From positions 1-64,000 of the forward strand of contig JBDRQD010000015.1 of assembly GCA_043826455.1 (NCBI GenBank): a stretch of DNA of 64,000 bases. The letters are read 5' to 3'. Below the pieces are notes generated by a model. It ran no database searches, was not told the DNA's origin, and saw nothing but the letters and a program-made list of their open reading frames with translations. A program made the position numbers and the translations under genes. Positions 57,699 through 64,000 of the stretch are shown piece after piece. The DNA is from Candidatus Bathyarchaeota archaeon (GTDB taxonomy: Archaea; Thermoproteota; Bathyarchaeia; TCS64). Each line of letters starts with the position of its first letter. Positions within the stretch are counted from its first letter, which is position 1.

Positions 57699-59135
57699 TT
57701 AGTCTCCGTGGTCCCACCTGGAGAGGATGTCCCGTATGCTGAGGATGTCCAGGGTGGTGGTCTTGCCCGGCTCGATGAGGGTGGACCCGGAGACCACGGC
57801 TACGACATCCCTGTCATAGACGTAGCCCAGCTCCAGGCTCCTGTGGACGGCCCCCACGATGAGCTCGTCCCTGTTATCCGTCCAGGGCACGTCCAGGGGC
57901 TCCACCCCCCAGTACATGTGGAGCCTGCGGCCTATCCTGGGCTCCCGGGTCACGGCCAGTATCTTGGTCTTGGGCCTGTACTTGCTCACCATCAGGGCGC
58001 TGAACCCGCTCCTGGTGACCACGATGATGGCGGCGGGCTCCACGGCGTCCACGGAGCGGGCCGCTAGCTCTCCCACCACGTCCGCGACGGGCAGCGCCTT
58101 GAGGGGCGGCCTGTCCCGCTGGGTGATCTGCTCCTGCACCACCCAGCTTATGTTGTTCATGACGCGCACAGTCTCCACGGGGTACCTGCCCACGGCGGTC
58201 TCTCCGCTGAGCATCACCGCGTCGGCGCCGTCCAGGAGGGCGTTGGCCACGTCGCTGGCCTCGGCCCTGGTGGGCCTGGGGTTGCCAACCATGGACTCCA
58301 GCATCTGGGTGGCCACTATGACGGGCTTGCCCAGCCTGTTACACGCCGATATGATCTTCTTCTGGAGCAGAGGCACGTCCCAGGGAGGAATCTCTATTCC
58401 CAGGTCTCCTCTGGCCACCATGACGCCGTCGCTGGCCTCAATGATCTCGTTGATGTTCCCCACGGCGTCCCCGTGCTCTATCTTGCTGATGATGGGCTGG
58501 TCGCCCCCCGCGCGCACGATCTCGGCCCTCACGTCCTCCACGTCCCTTGCGGACCTGATGAAGCTTGCAGCGAACCAGTCGCAGTCCATCTCGACGCCGA
58601 ACCTGATGCCTTTTATGTCCTTCTCCGTGGGCGGCTTCAGGGTGTGCCTGGCGCCGGGCGCGTTCAGCCCCTTCCGGCTGGAGACCTCCCCACCGGACAC
58701 CACCCTGCCGGTGAAGCCCTTCAGGTCCTCATCCAAGCCGGTGATCTCCAGGTCTATGATGCCGTCGTTGATGAACAGGTGCCCCCCTACGGCCACCTCC
58801 GCCGGGAGCCGCCCGTAGCTTATGCTCATCTCCCGCCTGTTCCCGGCCACCTGCTCCGTGGTGAAGTGGACCACGTCGCCCTCCTCCAGCAGGTATGAAC
58901 CGTCCAACTCCCCCAGTCTGATCTTGGGGCCTGGCAGGTCCACCAGGATGCTGGTGCCCCCGATCTTCCTAAGGGCCACGAAGACGGCTCGGTGCTCCTC
59001 CGGCTCCCCGTGGCTCATGTTGATCCTCGCCACGTCCATGCCTGAGGCCACCATGGCCCGGAGGGTCCCGGGGCTCCTGCTGGCTGGCCCTATGGTGCAG
59101 ACGATCTTGGACCTGGTGAACTGGGGCAGACTCAT
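57699..59135 (-). CDS. pyk: Pyruvate kinase
   Basis: KIVCTIGPAS, RINMSHG, DLPGPKIR, SKIE, MVARGDLG, ATQMLESM, RAEASDV; start MSLPQF at 59135. Confidence 0.97.
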   Translation of the reverse strand: MSLPQFTRSKIVCTIGPASRSPGTLRAMVASGMDVARINMSHGEPEEHRAVFVALRKIGGTSILVDLPGPKIRLGELDGSYLLEEGDVVHFTTEQVAGNRREMSISYGRLPAEVAVGGHLFINDGIIDLEITGLDEDLKGFTGRVVSGGEVSSRKGLNAPGARHTLKPPTEKDIKGIRFGVEMDCDWFAASFIRSARDVEDVRAEIVRAGGDQPIISKIEHGDAVGNINEIIEASDGVMVARGDLGIEIPPWDVPLLQKKIISACNRLGKPVIVATQMLESMVGNPRPTRAEASDVANALLDGADAVMLSGETAVGRYPVETVRVMNNISWVVQEQITQRDRPPLKALPVADVVGELAARSVDAVEPAAIIVVTRSGFSALMVSKYRPKTKILAVTREPRIGRRLHMYWGVEPLDVPWTDNRDELIVGAVHRSLELGYVYDRDVVAVVSGSTLIEPGKTTTLDILSIRDILSRWDHGD

Positions 59136-59175
59136 GGCTCTCAAGTAGGCTGAGGCCCCGGAAATTAAAAGGTAC

Positions 59176-60006
59176 ATGGAGCCCAAGCCTCAAAAGCTGG
59201 CAGACCACTCCTCCAACATGACTGACATGAGATGCGTGGCCCCCACTGTGTCACGGGCTCTGGGGGTGAGGCCGCCCTCCTCCTCGGAGAAGGGGCCTCA
59301 CCGTGATGTGGTCGGGACGCTGGAGGCCACCGGCAGGCTGGTGGTGGTCGTCGTGGACGCCTTCGGCTTATCCACCTGGCGGGTGGTCAAGGGGCGCACA
59401 CCCTGCTTCAACTCCCTTCACGCGGTCCACGGCGCCGCTATCGATTCCGTGATGCCCACCATCACGCCCGTCAACTTCGCCACCATGCTCACGGGGGCCT
59501 CCCCGGCGAGCCACGGCATCACCAACAGGGAGCAGCCCCTGGAACTGGAGACGGTCTTCCACGTGCTCAGAGGCGAGGGCATGGCCTCAGCCACCGCCGC
59601 CAGGGCCCTGAGCAGCCTAGGCATACTCATATCGCCCCACGCCGACAGGCCGGGGATCGCCTCGTCAAACACAGACGACGAGGTGACCAGGATCGCCCTC
59701 AAGGCTCTGGAAGACGAAGCCAGCCTCCTCTGGGTGCAGCTCCTGGACGTGGACGACGCCGGCCACGCCTATGGCCCCCACAGCAGGGAGGGGCACGAAG
59801 CGGCCTCAAGGGCTGACTCAAACCTGAGAAAGATACTTGGTTCAGCCCACCGGGGAGGCTACTCGGCCATCGTCCTCGCTGACCACGGGCAGCACACAGT
59901 CGAGAAAGATGGCAGGGTTCAGGGAACCCACGGCACAGACGCGCCGGAGGATGTTTTAGTGCCCCTAGTGTGGGCCAACAACGATGAGCTAGGAGGCATA
60001 GGGTAG
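59176..60006 (+). CDS. Alkaline phosphatase superfamily (NPP/phosphodiesterase-like)
   Basis: VVDAFG, PTITPVN (Thr nucleophile), DDAGH, ADHG. Confidence 0.8.
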   Translation: MEPKPQKLADHSSNMTDMRCVAPTVSRALGVRPPSSSEKGPHRDVVGTLEATGRLVVVVVDAFGLSTWRVVKGRTPCFNSLHAVHGAAIDSVMPTITPVNFATMLTGASPASHGITNREQPLELETVFHVLRGEGMASATAARALSSLGILISPHADRPGIASSNTDDEVTRIALKALEDEASLLWVQLLDVDDAGHAYGPHSREGHEAASRADSNLRKILGSAHRGGYSAIVLADHGQHTVEKDGRVQGTHGTDAPEDVLVPLVWANNDELGGIG

Positions 60007-60011
60007 CGGCG

Positions 60012-60566
60012 TTGAACCGGAGAGCGCTCATCATCCACGGCCCCATAGGGGGAGGCAAGACGGCCCGCGCCCTCGAGCTGGCTGAGAGAGCAGGGGAGAA
60101 GGGCCTCCACGTGATGGGCGTGACGAGCCTTAGGGTTGTGGAGGAAGGCGAGACGGTGGCTTATGATGGCCTCGACCTAGCCTCTGGGGCCCGGTTCCCC
60201 CTGGTGCTTCTCGGGGACAGGGCCGGCTCCTCTGACTGGGTGAAGCTGGGGCCCTGGAAGTACACATTCAGCGAGCAGGGTTTCAGCCGCGCCAACCGGC
60301 TGCTGGCCGAGGCTGCCTCCAAGATGAGTGAACGCAGCCTCGTCGTTGTGGACGAGTACGGCCACATCGAGAAGCTGGGATGCGGCCTGTACCCGGGCCT
60401 GGTGAAGGTCGTGGAGGCTCTAGGCAGGGGGGGACGGCTGGCGGTTACTTGCCGAACGGACAAGGTGGACCCGCTGCTACGTCTCCTCTCACCATGTGAA
60501 CGAGTCCTGGTGTTGGAGGCCGATGGACGAGACTTCTGGGCCGCCCTGGGAGATTCTTTTATTTAA
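60012..60566 (+). CDS. P-loop NTPase (NTPase_1/DUF2478-like)
   Basis: GPIGGGKT Walker A, VVVDEYG Walker B. Confidence 0.8.
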   Translation: MNRRALIIHGPIGGGKTARALELAERAGEKGLHVMGVTSLRVVEEGETVAYDGLDLASGARFPLVLLGDRAGSSDWVKLGPWKYTFSEQGFSRANRLLAEAASKMSERSLVVVDEYGHIEKLGCGLYPGLVKVVEALGRGGRLAVTCRTDKVDPLLRLLSPCERVLVLEADGRDFWAALGDSFI

Positions 60567-60613
60567 AACCTAGAACCTAGAATAGCTCAACACCGTCACA
60601 GGATGATCCCCCA

Positions 60614-62920
60614 TTGGAGTACGATAAGATACTTGAGATACTGGGCAGAAAGGAGTTCCTAGTCGTCGGCAAGAACGTCACACGCACAGACGCCCTGGAT
60701 AAGGTTCTGGGCAAGGCCAGGTACACGGCCGACTACGTGCCCAGAGGCACTACCCTCCTGAAGGTCTACAGGAGCAGCATACCCCACGGCATCATCACAC
60801 GCATCGATGTGGACGAGGCCCTGAAGGTTCCCGGCGTTGAGGGCATATACACGGGCGCCGACGTCACGGGCAATAACCAGATAGGGTACGCGCTCCCCGA
60901 CCAACCCTTCCTCAACGACGCCAAGGTCCACTACGTGGGCGACCCCATAGCCCTTGTCTGCGCCAGGGACGAGTACGCCCTGGAGGCCGCCTTCGACAAG
61001 ATTCACGTGGAATACGATGAGCTGCCCCCAGTCCTGGACGTGGACGCGTCCCTGGCCGAGGACGCGCCGAAGGTGCATGAGGGAGGAAACGTGGCCGTCA
61101 CCACCCGCATCAGGAAGGGCGACTCAGAGAAGGGCTTCACCGAGGCCGACGTGGAGGTCAGCGACACATACTGGAGCCCCTACCAGGACCACATGTACCT
61201 GGAAACCGAGGCCGCCTACGCCGTCCCCGATAGGGACAAGGTCACAGTCATCTGCAACGGGCAGAGCCCCTTCCTCATCAGGGAGAAGGTGGCCCACGTC
61301 ATGGGCTGGGACCTGAACCAGGTCAGGATAATCCAGGCCCTCACGGGCGGAGCCTTCGGAGGCAAGGACGACCAGGGGCCCCTGGTGGCCGCCTACGCCG
61401 CCTTCGCTGCCCACAAGCTGGGCAAACCCGTGGCCCACGTGTGGAGCCGGGACGAGTCCCTCTGCTACAGCAACAAGAGGTTCCCGGCCAGGATCAGGTA
61501 CAGGAGCGGCGCCGACAGGGAGGGCAAGGTCACCGGCATCGAGGTGGACATCACCCTGGAGTGTGGAGCCTACGCCAACAGGTCGCCCTTCTGGCTGTGG
61601 AGGCAGACCGCCCACGCCGCCGGACCCTACGAGGTGGATAACTGCAGCGTCGACGGTAGAGCCGTCTACACCACCAAGGTGTACGGCGGCAGCTTCAGAG
61701 GATTCGGCGACCTGGCCCTGCACTACGCCGCTGAGAGCCAGATGGATAAGCTGGCCTACGAGCTGGGCATGGACCCCATCGACTTCAGGCTCCGGAACGT
61801 GCTGGTGGAGGGTGGCCGGACAACCTGCGACCAGGTGCTGGACCACAGCGTCGGCATCAAGGAGTGCCTGGAGGCTGTGCGTGACGCCTCAGACTGGGCC
61901 AGCCACCGTCAGCCCATGTGGAACGGCTCCAAGGTACGGGGCTACGGCGTCGGGCTTGCATACCACGGCATCAGCACCAGCAGGAGCACCCCGGACTGGA
62001 GCGGAGCCAGCCTCATAATGAACCAGGACGGCAGCGTCACCTACCGCACAGGTATCGTGGAGATAGGGCAGGGCTCCCCCTTCGGCCACGCCAAGATAGT
62101 GGCCGAGATCATAGGCGTGGACCCAGCCACCATCAGGATAGAGCTACCTGACACGGATAGCACCTTGAATGCCAAGCCCACCCACGGCAGCCGGGGGCTC
62201 ATGATGGGTGGAACAGCAGCGGCTAAGGCCGCCTTGAAGCTCAGAGAAGAAATGGTGGCCTGCGCCTCGGAGCTCTTCGAGGTGGCCTCTGAGCGGATCG
62301 ACCTGGCTGAGGGCAGGGCCTTCGATAAGGAGAACCATGAGACCAGCATCAGCATCCGGGAGCTGGCCGAGGAGATGTACGTCCGCGGCTACGACCCTGC
62401 CGCATATGGGTTCTTCAGGGCCCCTGAACGGTTCTTCGACCCCGCCACGGGTCTGGGCGTCAACTACAGTGTCTACACCTTCGCGGCCACCGTGGCCGAG
62501 GTGGAGGTGGACACCGAGACGGGGGAGACGACACTCCTGCGGGTGTGGCCCGCCATGGACTGCGGAAAAGCCATCGACCCTATGATGGTGGAGGGCCAGA
62601 TCGAGGGCGCCGTGAGCCAGGGCATGGGCCTGGTGCTCATGGAGAACATGGAGCTCAAGGGCGGCCGAGTGCTGAACCCCGGGTTCAAGGATTACGTGGT
62701 GCCCAGCAGCGTGGACACCCCCCAGATAGAGCCCGTCATCATCATCGAGAAGCCCTACAGGCACAGCGCCTTCGGGGCCAAGGGGGTGGGCGAGCCCGCC
62801 ATCATAAGCGTGGTCCCCACCATCACCAACGCTATCTATCACGCTACGGGCCTCAGGTTCAATGAGCTGCCCGTGAGGTCGTGGACTATCCACAAGGCGC
62901 TGAAGGAGGCTAAGAGATGA
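60614..62920 (+). CDS. Xanthine dehydrogenase family molybdopterin-binding subunit
   Basis: GGAFGGK, SFRGFG, GQIEG, GAKGVGEP. Confidence 0.92.
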   Translation: MEYDKILEILGRKEFLVVGKNVTRTDALDKVLGKARYTADYVPRGTTLLKVYRSSIPHGIITRIDVDEALKVPGVEGIYTGADVTGNNQIGYALPDQPFLNDAKVHYVGDPIALVCARDEYALEAAFDKIHVEYDELPPVLDVDASLAEDAPKVHEGGNVAVTTRIRKGDSEKGFTEADVEVSDTYWSPYQDHMYLETEAAYAVPDRDKVTVICNGQSPFLIREKVAHVMGWDLNQVRIIQALTGGAFGGKDDQGPLVAAYAAFAAHKLGKPVAHVWSRDESLCYSNKRFPARIRYRSGADREGKVTGIEVDITLECGAYANRSPFWLWRQTAHAAGPYEVDNCSVDGRAVYTTKVYGGSFRGFGDLALHYAAESQMDKLAYELGMDPIDFRLRNVLVEGGRTTCDQVLDHSVGIKECLEAVRDASDWASHRQPMWNGSKVRGYGVGLAYHGISTSRSTPDWSGASLIMNQDGSVTYRTGIVEIGQGSPFGHAKIVAEIIGVDPATIRIELPDTDSTLNAKPTHGSRGLMMGGTAAAKAALKLREEMVACASELFEVASERIDLAEGRAFDKENHETSISIRELAEEMYVRGYDPAAYGFFRAPERFFDPATGLGVNYSVYTFAATVAEVEVDTETGETTLLRVWPAMDCGKAIDPMMVEGQIEGAVSQGMGLVLMENMELKGGRVLNPGFKDYVVPSSVDTPQIEPVIIIEKPYRHSAFGAKGVGEPAIISVVPTITNAIYHATGLRFNELPVRSWTIHKALKEAKR

Positions 62921-63780
62921 AGCCACTACCCAGGTTCCAGTACCATGCACCGACGACGGTGGAAGAGGCTCTGCTTCTATTAACCACCCTGGACCAGGCC
63001 AAGCTCTTCGCAGGAGGCACCGACCTGGTGCCTCTTCTGAGGGAGGCGGCTTGCAGGCCGAGCCACCTTGTGGACCTGAACAACGTCGCCGAGCTCAACT
63101 ACATCCGTGAGGACTCCGGCTTCATCTGCATAGGGGCGACGGCCACCCACACCCAGGTGGCGGCGAGCCCCATAGCGGCCAAGGCGCCGGCCCTAGTGGA
63201 CGCCGTCTCACAGATAGGAAGCCCCCAGGTGAGGAACAGGGCCACCATCACCGGTAACCTATGCAACGCGTCGCCGGCGGCCGACTCGGCTCCGCCTCTG
63301 CTGGTCCACGAGGCCGAGGTGACTATAAGGAGCCTGGAGGATACCAGAATAATACCCCTGGATGATCTATTCGCGGGGCCAAAACTCAACAGCCTGGAGC
63401 CGGATGAGCTTGTGACCGAGATCAGGTTCCACGTCCCCCCAGAGGGCTCAGCCTCGTCCTTCAAGCGCATAGGCCGGCGCAAGGCCTTCACACTGTCCGT
63501 GGTCAGCGCGGCCGCCTACGTGGAGATGGACGGCGGCAAGGTGAAGGAGACCCGGCTAGCCTTCGGGTCGGTGGCCGAGACGCCTTTGAGGACACCAGAC
63601 GTGGAGACCATGCTACGGGGTAAACTCCTCACCGACAAGCTCCTGGAAAAGGCCGCAGAGGCCGTGAAGAGCAGCGTCGCCCCCATCACCGATGTGAGGG
63701 GCACCGCGGAGTATCGGAGGGACATGTGCGGGGTGCTACTCAAGAGGGCTCTGACCGAGGCCGCGGAGCGTGCGAGGTGA
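62917..63780 (+). CDS. Xanthine dehydrogenase family FAD-binding subunit
   Basis: AGGTDL, QVRNRATITGN, ASPAAD, DVRGTAEYR. Confidence 0.93.
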   Translation: MKPLPRFQYHAPTTVEEALLLLTTLDQAKLFAGGTDLVPLLREAACRPSHLVDLNNVAELNYIREDSGFICIGATATHTQVAASPIAAKAPALVDAVSQIGSPQVRNRATITGNLCNASPAADSAPPLLVHEAEVTIRSLEDTRIIPLDDLFAGPKLNSLEPDELVTEIRFHVPPEGSASSFKRIGRRKAFTLSVVSAAAYVEMDGGKVKETRLAFGSVAETPLRTPDVETMLRGKLLTDKLLEKAAEAVKSSVAPITDVRGTAEYRRDMCGVLLKRALTEAAERAR

Positions 63781-63785
63781 AAGCC

Positions 63786-64000
63786 ATGATGATAAACTTT
63801 GAGCTGAACGGACTGCCCACGACAGTGGAGGTGGAGCCCTACACCAGCCTGGTGGACATGCTGAGAGACGAGCTGGAAATCAAGAGCGTGAAGAAGGGCT
63901 GCGAGCAGGGAGAGTGCGGCGCCTGCACGCTGCTACTGGACGGCAGCCCCGTTGCCAGCTGCCTGGTACTGGCGCCCCAAGTGGAGGGCCGCCACGTCAT
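63786..64000 (+). CDS. Xanthine dehydrogenase family 2Fe-2S subunit (partial, runs off window)
   Basis: Manual translation MMINFELNG...KKGCEQGECGACTLLLDGSPVASCL. Confidence 0.9.
   Translation, partial: MMINFELNGLPTTVEVEPYTSLVDMLRDELEIKSVKKGCEQGECGACTLLLDGSPVASCLVLAPQVEGRHV

Noticed and set aside
57859..58818. 319-aa + strand ORF
   Set aside because: Antisense to pyk; S/P/T-rich shadow translation.

Overview
Archaeal chromosomal segment: it carries TFB, aIF-1A, an HTH_10 remnant, TATA boxes and GGTGA Shine-Dalgarno motifs. Bathyarchaeia-like affinity is my inference only. Most of the window is GC-rich catabolic genes: amidohydrolases, M20 peptidases, PLP enzymes, MFS transporters, a CoA-transferase III/ThDP pair, a sugar isomerase/kinase/pyruvate kinase cluster and a xanthine-dehydrogenase-family operon cut off at the window end. 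Two accessory stress/regulatory patches lie at about 5.7-11.9 kb and 49.3-52.7 kb. The standout is a cell-surface locus at about 12.0-19.4 kb. It encodes a SipW/SEC11-type signal peptidase, a 195-aa TasA/AbpA-like fibre subunit and a ~1290-aa paralog of that subunit. In the paralog the pilin fold is split by a ~1110-aa insertion whose half-domains nest like matched brackets, which predicts a branched stalk with two different tip domains. I saw no tRNA, rRNA, CRISPR array, integrase or transposase. All protein-family calls come from reading motifs by eye, not from database searches.
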